64,000 nt of DNA from a virus. Taxonomy: Duplodnaviria; Caudoviricetes. Positions 19,055-29,027 of the stretch are shown in pieces. The stretch's first letter is position 1, and each line of letters starts with the position of its first letter. The notes under the pieces were generated by a model. The model saw nothing but the letters and a program-made list of their open reading frames with translations, was not told where the DNA came from and did not search any database. Made by a program: the position numbers and the translations under genes. The stretch spans positions 64,001 through 128,000 of the IMG/VR virus record IMGVR_UViG_3300021431_004083; one strand, 5' to 3'.

Positions 19055-19930
19055 CTAACCATTGCTCGTATATACAGCGGCAAAGAACTCATGAATATCA
19101 TCTCTGCGCTTCAAAGGAACGCACTGCTTAATCATCAACGCTGAGTTCTCAACCTCTGACTGCAAAATATTACGCGCTCTCAACAACGCTTCTTTATTAT
19201 CAGCCTTCAAAACAAGATATTGATGGACTGATTTGAATGTACCGCCGACTTCGTCCTTGAGAATCTTAAATTGCTCCTCAAGAAGCATCTTCAGTTCGTC
19301 GTTGTCAACAGCAAGATTGTCATACGTCTTCTGCAAATTCGCGATCTGACGATATACCTTTTGCGACTCCTTCGACGTTACGAAGATAAGCTCAACATTT
19401 GCCTCCTGCTTACGATAAAAACTATCGACACGAGATATAATCGCCTCTTGGTCGGACTGGAACAAAAGAATGGACGCAGAACCGACAACGCGATACAAAT
19501 AAGCATATGTATCATCATTGAATGTAATCATACCTTTATCATCGATTTCCGAAATATTGGAAATAGAATAAAAGGCGTTTACCTTTGACGACTTACGTGT
19601 AAAAACATAACGCGCTTTTCTCGGTATGTAAGCAAGCAACGTCACAATCTTTTGGAAGTTCATACGATTCGTCTTGTCTGTTTTGATTAAAAGAACAGAC
19701 CACGCAATCCATAAAAGCGTAAACAATATTTTTTGTACAAGCGTACCGCCCTTAATGAACGTCTGCGTCAGAACGAAAAAGTATCCGATAAAAGCAACCA
19801 AAATCGCCAAAACGACCTTAATGGAAAAGATACGAGCAACAGAACCGTCCTTCGTTGACATAGCGATGTCCATTGAAGTATAACCGTCCGCCAAAGTTGC
19901 CGGTATCTTATAACTGGATTTAACAGCCAA
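19055..19930 (-). CDS. PrgI/VirB3-TrsD-like membrane protein
   Basis: Two N-terminal TM helices, then a soluble domain (GMITFND...LYRV...SILLF) typical of the gene preceding virB4 in Gram-positive T4SS. Confidence 0.55.
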   Translation of the reverse strand: MAVKSSYKIPATLADGYTSMDIAMSTKDGSVARIFSIKVVLAILVAFIGYFFVLTQTFIKGGTLVQKILFTLLWIAWSVLLIKTDKTNRMNFQKIVTLLAYIPRKARYVFTRKSSKVNAFYSISNISEIDDKGMITFNDDTYAYLYRVVGSASILLFQSDQEAIISRVDSFYRKQEANVELIFVTSKESQKVYRQIANLQKTYDNLAVDNDELKMLLEEQFKILKDEVGGTFKSVHQYLVLKADNKEALLRARNILQSEVENSALMIKQCVPLKRRDDIHEFFAAVYTSNG

Positions 19931-20019
19931 TCAAATCTCTCCCTTCTTACCGTTTTTATTGAAGAAAACAACCATAGTCGTCTGCCTGTAAAACAGAGCA
20001 GACGACCATCGAATATATT

Positions 20020-20466
20020 TTATCGCTCAAAAATAAAGCCATCGCTTTCTCTCTCGGCATTGTAACCCCAATGAATCGAAGAAGAAAACGTCTCGCCCTT
20101 CTTATTGACGAAATCGTCACAATGAACGGACTTACCCGCCATAAGCTGCGCGTACTCTTCATCGGTGAAATCATGCTGACAAAAGCGTCTCGGGATGTTC
20201 GGAATAAATTCCGTCATATCAGGGGCAAAAAACGTATATGTATTGCCCGACTGCGCGTCAATACCCGTTTTATGCTGAAGCGTCGCCTTTACCGCATAAT
20301 GCTTCCCCTCTTTATTGATGAGGTCATATACACGGATGGACTCACCGCGAAGCAAAGCCTCGCAGTCGTCATCAGACAAACGTCTTTTCCTGAAAATACG
20401 ATTAAACGAAACGCGCTGCCCGTTAAATTTACCGGAATAGCGCTCTTTTCTTACTGCATCTGACAT
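20020..20466 (-). CDS. Stand-alone topoisomerase C-terminal-repeat protein
   Basis: SGKFNGQRVSFNRIF..RLSDDDCEALLRG and HDFTDEEYAQLMAGK repeats mirror those at the C-terminus of the upstream topoisomerase. Confidence 0.75.
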   Translation of the reverse strand: MSDAVRKERYSGKFNGQRVSFNRIFRKRRLSDDDCEALLRGESIRVYDLINKEGKHYAVKATLQHKTGIDAQSGNTYTFFAPDMTEFIPNIPRRFCQHDFTDEEYAQLMAGKSVHCDDFVNKKGETFSSSIHWGYNAERESDGFIFER

Positions 20467-20483
20467 AATAAATAAAGCTCCTT

Positions 20484-22739
20484 TTATTTAAAATCGGGTT
20501 TAAAGCCGACAAACTTTATACCCTTAAAGGTCTGATTGGCAAGCTTACCTGTTACGGAATACGGTCTCCCCGTTTTCTGAGACGTTGCCTCAAAGGTAAT
20601 CGACTTACCCGAAAGAAGCATCGTGATCTCATCATCGGTAAACTCATGGTTACTCCATTTCCGCTTAAACTTGATATCCTTGCCATGCCACTTACCTGTC
20701 GCGTACTCGCTCATATCAACCTGACGGGGCTGTTTATCAGAACCGTCGTCTTCGATATAACCAAGCGGCTTGAACCCGACAAACTTATGGGAATTTATCT
20801 CCTGCTCAGCAAGAGCTCCTTTTACATTATAACATGAACCCTTGCTGTTAGTCAAGTTAAATACTCGGATTTCATGACCTGCTAACAACTCTGTAACCTC
20901 ATCGTCTGTAAAACGATGACCGCCGTATTCACGGCTGAAGGTGACTTCCCTGCCGTTCCACGTACCGGAAACCTTTTCTTTTTCTTTGACACCGAGATTT
21001 TCTGCGTTCTTTTTCATTGTATCCATATCCTCACGAACATATTCCGCGAACTTTTGAAAGCCCACTGTGTCTTTAAACGTACCGTCGGCGATACCACGCA
21101 TCTGCGCCATCAGCTCCTCAGTGATTTTCAAATCACCGATATGCGTATTCTCAAGGAGCACATAGCTCATTTCGCCGAACTGCGTCATGCCGATTTTACC
21201 ACGTGTATCCGTAAGAAGCGGATATTTATTTTTCTCACCCTGCGGACGTGTCACATCGGCATACGTGCTTGTGCGTGTCGCGCCTGTTCCAACGTCATGC
21301 TTTTCGAGCTGTTTCATCAGCCACTTCATCGTAGGTGTCGGAGGCTTCGGGGGAAAACCCTCATGAACAAAAGGCTTCGCCAATGTACCGAGACCTTTCG
21401 CGTTCAAATCATCAGGCTCGTCATCAACGCTGAAAATCGCCTTATAACCCATCTTCTTCGGAACGGACGCCGTTCCTTTAAAAGCGGGATAACGCTTCAC
21501 ATGACCTTTCTGCAGCTCGTACTCATAATCCTCGCCGAGAATCGACAGCCAGTTCTTTGCCAAAATCTCATAAATCAAAGCGGCGCATTTAGCGTCAGGT
21601 GCTGATGAAGGAAATAACAATGCTAAATCAGCAAGAGACGACGGTACATTCGGACCGGGACGATTAGCGCCATGCGCGCCGCCGTTTTTGACATGTGTCT
21701 TACGAGGTGTACGATGCGTCAACAAGCGTGAATCGACACCAACCACCCTCGCGATTTTATCTGTCAAAGGAAGCAACTCGTTAAATTGCTCGGGCGTAAC
21801 GACCTTATCTTCTGTTCTCGGATACGAAACGACTTGCTTTTCATACATTGTCTGATATACACGAAGAACGTGTTCTGCCTTGAAACCTTTCTGCGACATC
21901 AAGGAAGACAATGCGGCAAGGTCGAGCAGTTTTGGAGGCGAAGACCGCTTCATTTCCTTCGAATCGACAACAACTTCACTCTGCTCATACTTCTGCGGCA
22001 CCTCGTTTTTCGTTCTAAAACAAGGCTCCTCAGCATTCGTATAAACGACGCCGTTTTCGTCACGGAAACGATTCTGATAATACGGAATCTTTTTATACGC
22101 CTTAACAGCGGCAAGACCGTCGCCGACAATACGAATCATCGCGCTTTTCAAACGCCCTTGGCGTAAAACAGGATGTGTCGGTGTAAGACAGTATGCGATA
22201 CGCGTGAACTGCATCGACAGCTTATCCCACTTACAACGATATTCCGCTTTCAGATAATCACTGTCCGTCAACATCGACTTAATGGGCTTGCGTGTCTTGA
22301 ATGCCTTTTGAATCGAAGCAGGTGCTTCGTCATAAAACACCATACGGCTCCATTTACGCGGCATCAAACGCAAGCCTTCGAGAATCTCCCAAGCGAGCAA
22401 TTCACCCTCGCCAGTCGGGTCGATATCTGTACCAATACAAATCTCGTCACAACGAGAAAGCGTCGTTTGGATATTCTGAAGCATCGAAGATACACCGGCC
22501 ACAGCCTTACGTTCCCATTTAAAGTCAGACTCAACCCACGGCAAATTCTCAAGCTTCCATATCTTGTATTTATCACGAAGCGCAGGCGCAACCATTTCAT
22601 CGGGGTCCTTGTACTCATACAAATGACCACGCGCATGAACAATCACATATTGCTCACCGTTATATGTGCCTCTATTTCCGCCAAGCGCTTTCGCGAAATT
22701 ATCAGCGGCGCTTTTCTTTTCACAAAGAATACCAATCAT
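20484..22739 (-). CDS. topB: Type IA DNA topoisomerase (topoisomerase III-like)
   Basis: TOPRIM CEKKS, GHL and TDIDPTGEGE; catalytic SYPRT; GAHGANRP; GTGATR; C-terminal repeats. Confidence 0.92.
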   Translation of the reverse strand: MIGILCEKKSAADNFAKALGGNRGTYNGEQYVIVHARGHLYEYKDPDEMVAPALRDKYKIWKLENLPWVESDFKWERKAVAGVSSMLQNIQTTLSRCDEICIGTDIDPTGEGELLAWEILEGLRLMPRKWSRMVFYDEAPASIQKAFKTRKPIKSMLTDSDYLKAEYRCKWDKLSMQFTRIAYCLTPTHPVLRQGRLKSAMIRIVGDGLAAVKAYKKIPYYQNRFRDENGVVYTNAEEPCFRTKNEVPQKYEQSEVVVDSKEMKRSSPPKLLDLAALSSLMSQKGFKAEHVLRVYQTMYEKQVVSYPRTEDKVVTPEQFNELLPLTDKIARVVGVDSRLLTHRTPRKTHVKNGGAHGANRPGPNVPSSLADLALLFPSSAPDAKCAALIYEILAKNWLSILGEDYEYELQKGHVKRYPAFKGTASVPKKMGYKAIFSVDDEPDDLNAKGLGTLAKPFVHEGFPPKPPTPTMKWLMKQLEKHDVGTGATRTSTYADVTRPQGEKNKYPLLTDTRGKIGMTQFGEMSYVLLENTHIGDLKITEELMAQMRGIADGTFKDTVGFQKFAEYVREDMDTMKKNAENLGVKEKEKVSGTWNGREVTFSREYGGHRFTDDEVTELLAGHEIRVFNLTNSKGSCYNVKGALAEQEINSHKFVGFKPLGYIEDDGSDKQPRQVDMSEYATGKWHGKDIKFKRKWSNHEFTDDEITMLLSGKSITFEATSQKTGRPYSVTGKLANQTFKGIKFVGFKPDFK

Positions 22740-22930
22740 AGATTCACCTCATCCTTAGAATGTCGCCGGATGTACTCTTCGATAGCCAACTCAACTATCG
22801 TTGACTTACACCGACGTGTTGCCGACGAATACTCAGACAAAGAAGACAGCACCCCTTCGTCGATACGATAAGTCGCGGCGACGGATTTCTTAACACGCGC
22901 CGCTTCCTTTTTCTTTTTAACCTTTTCCAT
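22736..22930 (-). CDS. Ribbon-helix-helix protein
   Basis: ATYRIDE...LSEYS...KSTIVELAIEEYI; its stop overlaps the topoisomerase start. Confidence 0.7.
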   Translation of the reverse strand: MEKVKKKKEAARVKKSVAATYRIDEGVLSSLSEYSSATRRCKSTIVELAIEEYIRRHSKDEVNL

Positions 22931-22945
22931 AACAACCTTTCCTTT

Positions 22946-23701
22946 TTATCGAATAGGACGACCGTCACGAATGCGTTCGTCTTTACGGAATGTTTGAGAT
23001 TGCGAACGTAACTGCTCTATCATATCAGAAACACCGTGTTCAAGAAACTGAACCTTCGAAGGCGATAACGGTGAATTCTGTCTGAAACCGAGTTTATCAA
23101 AAAGAAGATAAGCCAAAGCGATTTCATTTTCCGCTTTCGTACCGTCAAGCATGGATGACAAAGACGACAACCGTCTTAATATTACATCAAGCTTTGACGC
23201 CAAAGCAAAACTTCTGTCAGCGCCGTTATACTCTTCAACAAGCGTTCTCACATCATCAGACAACGCTGACATATCAACGATAGCATCCGAATGGACAATA
23301 CAATAAGCCGTTAAAGCAGCGGTTCGCGATGAAGCTTTCGGGAACTCCTTTGCCACAATGGCATATACATCAAGTGGAAAGTTGCGTATTTGTATCGTGT
23401 CCGACTGAGGCTGCTTTTTTCTTTTCTTATCGGAAGAAGATGTTGTATGGCGAACCTTTTGCGAATCCCGATAAACGGGCTTCTCCTGTTCGGCAACACC
23501 TTTGCCTGTATTTTTACCTGTATTTGATAATGGCGCCTTCTCTTTTTCAGGCAACTCAGGTTTACTTTGTGCAGGTGAAGGCGATACCTGTGTACCGGCA
23601 GGTTTACCGTCAGAAGAATTACGACGTAAGGAAGGCTTCGGAACGGATACTTGCTGAGAGCCTCCGCCGTACTTATAAAGGTCATAATCTAAGTTATCCA
23701 A
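22946..23701 (-). CDS. Hypothetical protein (possible RHH-type DNA-binding or mobilisation accessory)
   Basis: 253-codon-scale ORF (251 aa); disordered N-terminus, then TIQIRNFPLDVY and a coiled coil. Confidence 0.7.
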   Translation of the reverse strand: MDNLDYDLYKYGGGSQQVSVPKPSLRRNSSDGKPAGTQVSPSPAQSKPELPEKEKAPLSNTGKNTGKGVAEQEKPVYRDSQKVRHTTSSSDKKRKKQPQSDTIQIRNFPLDVYAIVAKEFPKASSRTAALTAYCIVHSDAIVDMSALSDDVRTLVEEYNGADRSFALASKLDVILRRLSSLSSMLDGTKAENEIALAYLLFDKLGFRQNSPLSPSKVQFLEHGVSDMIEQLRSQSQTFRKDERIRDGRPIR

Positions 23702-24028
23702 TTATAATTCACCATCCTCATCCTCAAGAAGATAATTGTCCCCTCTTGTCAAATTCAGCAAACTGTCAGCCATAGAGTGAAGCTCATCGGACAAATTTGA
23801 CGTATCGGAACGTAAACCTGCGATCATATCAACAAGCTGATTGACACGCTGTACTACAGCGACAGGTACATCGAAATCTTGGTTCTCCCAACCTATCATA
23901 TGCTCCAGAGCATGATACATGTATTCGTTGATACTCATTCCCCTTCGGTCCGCCCAATATTTCAAGCGTTCGTACTCGTCAGGCGTCAAAGTCACTGTCA
24001 CTCTCTTATGAGACGGGTCTCTTGCCAT
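23702..24028 (-). CDS. CopG/RHH DNA-binding protein
   Basis: KRVTVTLTPDEYERLKYWADRRGMSINEY. Confidence 0.8.
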   Translation of the reverse strand: MARDPSHKRVTVTLTPDEYERLKYWADRRGMSINEYMYHALEHMIGWENQDFDVPVAVVQRVNQLVDMIAGLRSDTSNLSDELHSMADSLLNLTRGDNYLLEDEDGEL

Positions 24029-24038
24029 ACTACACCTC

Positions 24039-24848
24039 TTACTCGCTATATAAAACAGATGTATCCTTTTTCAAAGGAACAATGTAACGACCTGATGTTC
24101 CGTCGATTGCCGAATCACAGGTGGACAATACAACAACTTTGTCATGAACAGACGGTTTCGTTGTAAACTTCTCGCCGAACGCTGTATCCAGATTCGACAG
24201 AAGCGAATCGTAATCAGTCTCACCGTCAAGATACGGATACTGATAAACATTGTGTGTCTTCGTCACATATTGCGGCGCCCAAACACACCACCTCTCAACA
24301 TGGTCGGGGAAATACAAATAAACATAGGGATGATTTTCCGCCCACTCTTTGTTTTCGTAGTTCGTCAGCTCCGTAAACATTTTAGCGGGACCGGACAAAT
24401 GATGTCCGTAAATCAAACGAAGCATATCATCTTCCGTCGTATCATAAGTGAAAATACATCCAACCGAGGAAGACTCACCGTAAACGTCTGACCAAACATA
24501 TTTCTGACTGCTGACTTCTGTATGAACAACACAGTAATCAATTTCAGTATCGGGAATGTATAACCAACAATAAAAATCGGGAACCTTTGATTTGAGTTCA
24601 TCAAAATCAAATCGACGAGCCATTGCTTTTTCGTCGACTGTTTGGGCTGTAGTAGACTCGTCATCTCCTGTCGCCGCAACGGAATCAGGAGAAGCCGGAA
24701 GCTCTGCGGAAAGAAGATTGCTTTTATTCGCGTCATTTGACTGGGAATAATAATCATAACCCATATATCCACCGACAGAAACAGCAAACGTCAACAGAAT
24801 ACAAATAGTCATTAAAATAAAATTAGAGAAATTACCTCTACGCTGCAT
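24039..24848 (-). CDS. srtB: Class B sortase
   Basis: N-terminal TM, WLYIPDTEIDY, LIYGHH, MFTEL..Y, LSTC...GR. Confidence 0.85.
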   Translation of the reverse strand: MQRRGNFSNFILMTICILLTFAVSVGGYMGYDYYSQSNDANKSNLLSAELPASPDSVAATGDDESTTAQTVDEKAMARRFDFDELKSKVPDFYCWLYIPDTEIDYCVVHTEVSSQKYVWSDVYGESSSVGCIFTYDTTEDDMLRLIYGHHLSGPAKMFTELTNYENKEWAENHPYVYLYFPDHVERWCVWAPQYVTKTHNVYQYPYLDGETDYDSLLSNLDTAFGEKFTTKPSVHDKVVVLSTCDSAIDGTSGRYIVPLKKDTSVLYSE

Positions 24849-24911
24849 ACAACACTCGTCCTTACATAATCATTTTTTACGCCTTACATTATAACATACC
24901 TTTTTTAAAAT

Positions 24912-24929
24912 TGCAATACTATTATTGCA
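24912..24929. promoter_or_regulatory. Palindromic operator TGCAATA-N4-TATTGCA over the -35 of the srtB-RHH-topB-tra promoter
   Basis: TGCAATACTATTATTGCA; minus strand TTGCAA-17-TATAAT. Confidence 0.65.
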
Positions 24930-25178
24930 ATTTTTATACAAGATAGAGAGTCATTGTTTTTGGAGAGTTGGAACCTTGGATTTTTTACAAAATTCTGAAG
25001 CTAAAGCTTTTAGAGATTGCTTCGAAGAGTTGAAAATCTGAAATACCTTGAAAAGAACAATTCTACGAATTGGACATTTGAGGGGTTGTAAAATCGATAT
25101 CAACAGTGCTAATACATAGTGCTGCGTGATGATAAAAAAAAATTCTATATCCCGAAATACGGGAGGAAAGAGGTTTTT

Positions 25179-25622
25179 ATGGCTACAAATCTGAACAACT
25201 TCGGCGTGGTAAACGGTCGTCTCGCAAGAGACCCTGAGGTCTTCCAGAACAGCGATGGTTCTACCAAGTTCCGTATCGTCGTCGCCTGCCAGAAGAACTA
25301 CAAGGGCAAGGACGGTCAGTATGGCGCTGATTTCGTTACCATCACCAAGTTCGTAGGCGCCGGTCAGAGCGCGGGCATCCTGCCGCAGCTCGCAAAGGGC
25401 GATGGCGTTGCCGTTGAGTACACCGTTACCAACAACAACTACACCGATAAGGACGGCGTAGCGCACTACGAAGAGACCAAGGATATGGTCGGCTATCCCC
25501 AGCTGCGCTATAAGAAGCGCGCGGGCGGCGTCGAGGGTGACGCTGAAGCTGCTGCGAGCGAGGCGCCTGTAGAGCAGGCTCCTGTGACCGCTGCTCCTGC
25601 AGACGGCAATCTCGCAATGTAA
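25179..25622 (+). CDS. ssb: Single-stranded DNA-binding protein
   Basis: NNFGVVNGRLARDPE, FRIVVAC, ADFVTI and LAKGDGVAVE (OB fold); start MATNLN after GAAAGAGG. Confidence 0.88.
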   Translation: MATNLNNFGVVNGRLARDPEVFQNSDGSTKFRIVVACQKNYKGKDGQYGADFVTITKFVGAGQSAGILPQLAKGDGVAVEYTVTNNNYTDKDGVAHYEETKDMVGYPQLRYKKRAGGVEGDAEAAASEAPVEQAPVTAAPADGNLAM

Positions 25623-25803
25623 GAATACGCGAATAGGGGGCTCTCCCGAGCCCCCTTGTGCGTAATACCAAACTGTGTACGGAAGAACACCGCTTATATC
25701 GGACATATTCATTTTTCCTTTCTGATTGATTTATTGGCAAAACGACACCGCAGCAATAGTTGCGGTGTTGTTCCGTGTACAGCTCATTCGTTACCTCCTT
25801 ATG

Positions 25804-25853
25804 AAAAAAGAGAAGCCGTAGGTTATCATGCCTACGGCTTCTTTTTTTTTTTT
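25804..25853. terminator. Bidirectional terminator
   Basis: AGAAGCCGTAGG/CCTACGGCTTCT flanked by A- and T-runs between convergent genes. Confidence 0.85.
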
Positions 25854-25861
25854 CAAATCAA

Positions 25862-26620
25862 TTAGATGCGTGTTGTGCGTTTCTTGTAAACAACGACGCC
25901 GACGATCGCCAGAATAACAGCCGCACCGATGACAACATAAGTAGCAACGGGAGCGCCTGCGGCGGTAGCAACCTCACTGGAAAGCTTATCCGCGGAATCA
26001 CCGGTAGCACCCTTTGACGCGGCTTCAGAAGAAGCGACAGTAGCGTTCTGTGTTGCGGATTGAATAGCAGACGAAGTGGTACCGTCAGTTGTCGGAGCGA
26101 CGACAACGTCACCTGCGGTCTGACCATCTGTCTTCTCGTAATCATCAGCAGGCTGACCTGCTTCGGGAGCGGCGGTAGACTCGCTTGCGAGACCGGTCAA
26201 AGCGGTGTCGGCTTTTGCGGAGAAGAGCGTTACGGTATAAATCTTATTATTATAAGATACCTCAACAGCGAATGTGTTGAAACCTGCCTGAGAATCATTA
26301 AAGCCCGTCGGGTCATAGCTTCCCTTCTCGCCGACAAAGAACGCGCCTACGGTGCGGCCCTCGCCGTCAATCAAATAACCGGCAAGGTCTTCCGCCTTAA
26401 CGACGTCGAAGTCCTTCATAAGGTTCTCGCCGTCTTCATTTATCTCAGCGGAGAAATGATAACCGGCATCCTTTGTTTTGGTCAAAAGCTTCAGCTCCAA
26501 CTTATCGGAGCCTGAAACGACTGTAATGGGTGTAGTAGACGTTTCATCAGCAAACGCAACCATTGTACCCAAACAGGTAATCATGAAAACAGCCAACAGA
26601 AATGCAATAATTTTCTTCAT
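25862..26620 (-). CDS. Secreted cell-surface protein with C-terminal anchor
   Basis: Signal peptide (VAFA), Ala/Thr-rich linker, C-terminal TM plus KKR; possible sortase B substrate. Confidence 0.75.
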   Translation of the reverse strand: MKKIIAFLLAVFMITCLGTMVAFADETSTTPITVVSGSDKLELKLLTKTKDAGYHFSAEINEDGENLMKDFDVVKAEDLAGYLIDGEGRTVGAFFVGEKGSYDPTGFNDSQAGFNTFAVEVSYNNKIYTVTLFSAKADTALTGLASESTAAPEAGQPADDYEKTDGQTAGDVVVAPTTDGTTSSAIQSATQNATVASSEAASKGATGDSADKLSSEVATAAGAPVATYVVIGAAVILAIVGVVVYKKRTTRI

Positions 26621-26644
26621 AACAATACCTCACATATTTTTTTA

Positions 26645-27286
26645 TTAGCACATCAACGTGCGTCCGACAATCAAATAATGACTCGAATCATACACGTTAA
26701 TATAAACAGCAAAGGCATCAGCTTTCGCTGTCGCTTTCATATCTTCAGCCAGAGCTTGATACTCCTGCCAATGGTCTTCTATATATTTCTCCCAATAAGC
26801 GCTGTCTTTGTTCTCCGAATCATCTGTCAATATATAAGAAACAGCAACGATATTATCTTCCATATTGACGATACGTATATCTGTCTGCGACGGAGATACT
26901 TCTTTTAAGTGTTCCTTACGATTCTCAACAGACGACACGCCGACATACTCTTCATCGGACGCGTTCGGATTAACGTCAAAAGAACCGACAGACTTACGGG
27001 AAGCAGAAGAACTATCACTCACTTCATCAGCAGCTTCGTTTTCTGTCGCGGCAACAGTCGGCTCGACTGTCTCCTCAAGCGTATCACCGCCCTCTGTATT
27101 CTCCGAAGAATTCGCGGCAGGAACAATAAGCTGTGATTTCTCATATACAGTCGTAGGAGAAATAACCTCATCAGGCGTTGCAAAATCACGTGTGGCAAAC
27201 GAATCGGAAACATTACCACACGCGGCGGATGTCACAACCATACAAAAGGCACAACCGGCCAAGAGTAATCTTGCCAAACGCTTCAA
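26645..27286 (-). CDS. Lipoprotein
   Basis: Lipobox-like TSAAC after the signal peptide; acidic linker. Confidence 0.7.
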   Translation of the reverse strand: MKRLARLLLAGCAFCMVVTSAACGNVSDSFATRDFATPDEVISPTTVYEKSQLIVPAANSSENTEGGDTLEETVEPTVAATENEAADEVSDSSSASRKSVGSFDVNPNASDEEYVGVSSVENRKEHLKEVSPSQTDIRIVNMEDNIVAVSYILTDDSENKDSAYWEKYIEDHWQEYQALAEDMKATAKADAFAVYINVYDSSHYLIVGRTLMC

Positions 27287-27366
27287 TCACTCAGCCCCCT
27301 CTCGTTTTTTATAACACCCAAAGTATAGCACACTTATTTGTATTTTGCAAGCCTTTCTATAAAAGT

Positions 27367-28593
27367 TTATTTCTTTTTCGCAACAAGCTCGGCGATAATA
27401 TAAAGACCTTCACGGTTCAAATAACGGCTGTACCTCGAATCAAGATAAAGAACCGGGAACATCGTACCCTCACCGCCGAAGCCTTTGACTTCCTTCAAAA
27501 GAAGCGGATGCAGATACTCCTTTACGGCAGTCGCACCGCCGCCGTAAATATATACGACTTCGGTAAATGCGCCGACCTTACGCATCACACGGGAGAATTG
27601 CTCGGCAATCTCCATTGCAAAACCGTTAGCGTGCTTTGCGACCTCTGTTTCGCAAGCAATATGCTTATTGCGTGTAATGTTCGTCACAGGCGTCTGCAGG
27701 AAATCAACAAGCTGCTTACGGTTCTTGAACATATATCTCGGACCGAGAATATCCAGAGCGTTATTGATAACAGACGAATAACCCCTGTCAAAGGTGCTCG
27801 ACGCGTCAGGATTGAATTTACCGTTCTGGAAAACAGGAAAATTGACAGTACCCTCGCCGATATCGATGCCAACAGTATTAGTGGCAGCGAGAACGTCCTG
27901 CGCGGTAATACCCTCAAGCGGCTCGCCGAGACGTCTGACGTCGGAAAGCATCGCTTCCATAAAAGCCGAACCTTTTGCGTTGATAGCGTACTGAGCGGAA
28001 GCGCCTTCCGCAAGCACCTGAACGTCCTCGAAACGAATTTCAACATTCACGGGAACCGTAAAGTTGTGGAACGTCACGATGTGATTGCCGTTCTTAAAGC
28101 CTTCGGCGTATGCTTTTCTGTGACGCATATACTCCGTAATAGGCAACGCGAGAGCGACACGCGCGGTCACTGAAATTGTCTCGGTAGGCAAAGCACCGGT
28201 CTTTGCGTAATATTCTTTCAAAGCCTGTCCCGCGAGTGAACCGAGAACAAGAACAGCGGATAAATCCTGTTCCGCTTTGGAAAGAACAGAATCGACATCG
28301 AATTCCTCGATGATAGCGCCGGACGCCAGACCTCTTTTTCCGAAAAGACGACGTGTCGTATCGGACACAAGATTGGAACCGAATGAAACGTCCATCTGAT
28401 TGAAGATATCATCGATAACAGGCTTTGCGTCAGCGGGCTCTGTTTGGATATCATGCGAATAAATAATGCGCGCAACGCCTGACGGAAAATCAACGCCATG
28501 CGGCTTCTGACCGAGATTCTCAAAGGTGTTAACGGCGCCTTTAACATAACCGTTGCCGATATCAAGACCGGCTACCAATTTCATTTTGCTCAT
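27367..28593 (-). CDS. parM: ParM/StbA actin-like partition ATPase
   Basis: GLDIGNGYVKG, LALP, VLAEG, GIDIGEGTVN and IYGGGA actin-fold motifs. Confidence 0.92.
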   Translation of the reverse strand: MSKMKLVAGLDIGNGYVKGAVNTFENLGQKPHGVDFPSGVARIIYSHDIQTEPADAKPVIDDIFNQMDVSFGSNLVSDTTRRLFGKRGLASGAIIEEFDVDSVLSKAEQDLSAVLVLGSLAGQALKEYYAKTGALPTETISVTARVALALPITEYMRHRKAYAEGFKNGNHIVTFHNFTVPVNVEIRFEDVQVLAEGASAQYAINAKGSAFMEAMLSDVRRLGEPLEGITAQDVLAATNTVGIDIGEGTVNFPVFQNGKFNPDASSTFDRGYSSVINNALDILGPRYMFKNRKQLVDFLQTPVTNITRNKHIACETEVAKHANGFAMEIAEQFSRVMRKVGAFTEVVYIYGGGATAVKEYLHPLLLKEVKGFGGEGTMFPVLYLDSRYSRYLNREGLYIIAELVAKKK

Positions 28594-28614
28594 ATAAAAC
28601 TCTCTCCTCTTCTG

Positions 28615-28950
28615 TTATAATAAATCACTGGGGTCTACAAAACCGTCGGAATCGGTTTTAACGGAAGTCTGCGAAACAGACGGCGAAACAGGCTGCACTC
28701 GCGGCGACACGGGACGAGAAGGTGCGGGAGGCGCCGCAGGCTGTGCGGGCGATTGTGCTTCGGGAACAGGTGCCCGAGGCGTTGTTGCTTGCGCTGTTGT
28801 ATCGATACACGTGGCATCGACATAACCATATTTCGCAACAAACGCTTTTACGACAGCACGCATCGAAAACGAAAAATTATTCTGCGCTTCAGCGAAACGA
28901 CTGAAAACCTTGTCTTCTTCAGGCACCGATATTCTATATCGTTTTACCAA
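28615..28950 (-). CDS. ParR-like centromere-binding adaptor
   Basis: TTG start after AAGGAG; KRYRISVPE...FSFSMRAVVK (RHH-like), Pro-rich linker, acidic/hydrophobic tail; co-transcribed with parM. Confidence 0.65.
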   Translation of the reverse strand: MVKRYRISVPEEDKVFSRFAEAQNNFSFSMRAVVKAFVAKYGYVDATCIDTTAQATTPRAPVPEAQSPAQPAAPPAPSRPVSPRVQPVSPSVSQTSVKTDSDGFVDPSDLL

Positions 28951-28993
28951 ATAGAACCATCTCCTTTTTATTGTTTGGTCATTTCGTAAACTC

Positions 28994-29022
28994 ATTATAA
29001 CCTAATTTTGACCAGATGTCAA
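28994..29022 (-). promoter_or_regulatory. Consensus sigma-A promoter of the parR-parM operon
   Basis: Minus strand TTGACA-17bp-TATAAT, a perfect consensus. Confidence 0.85.
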
Positions 29023-29027
29023 TACCT

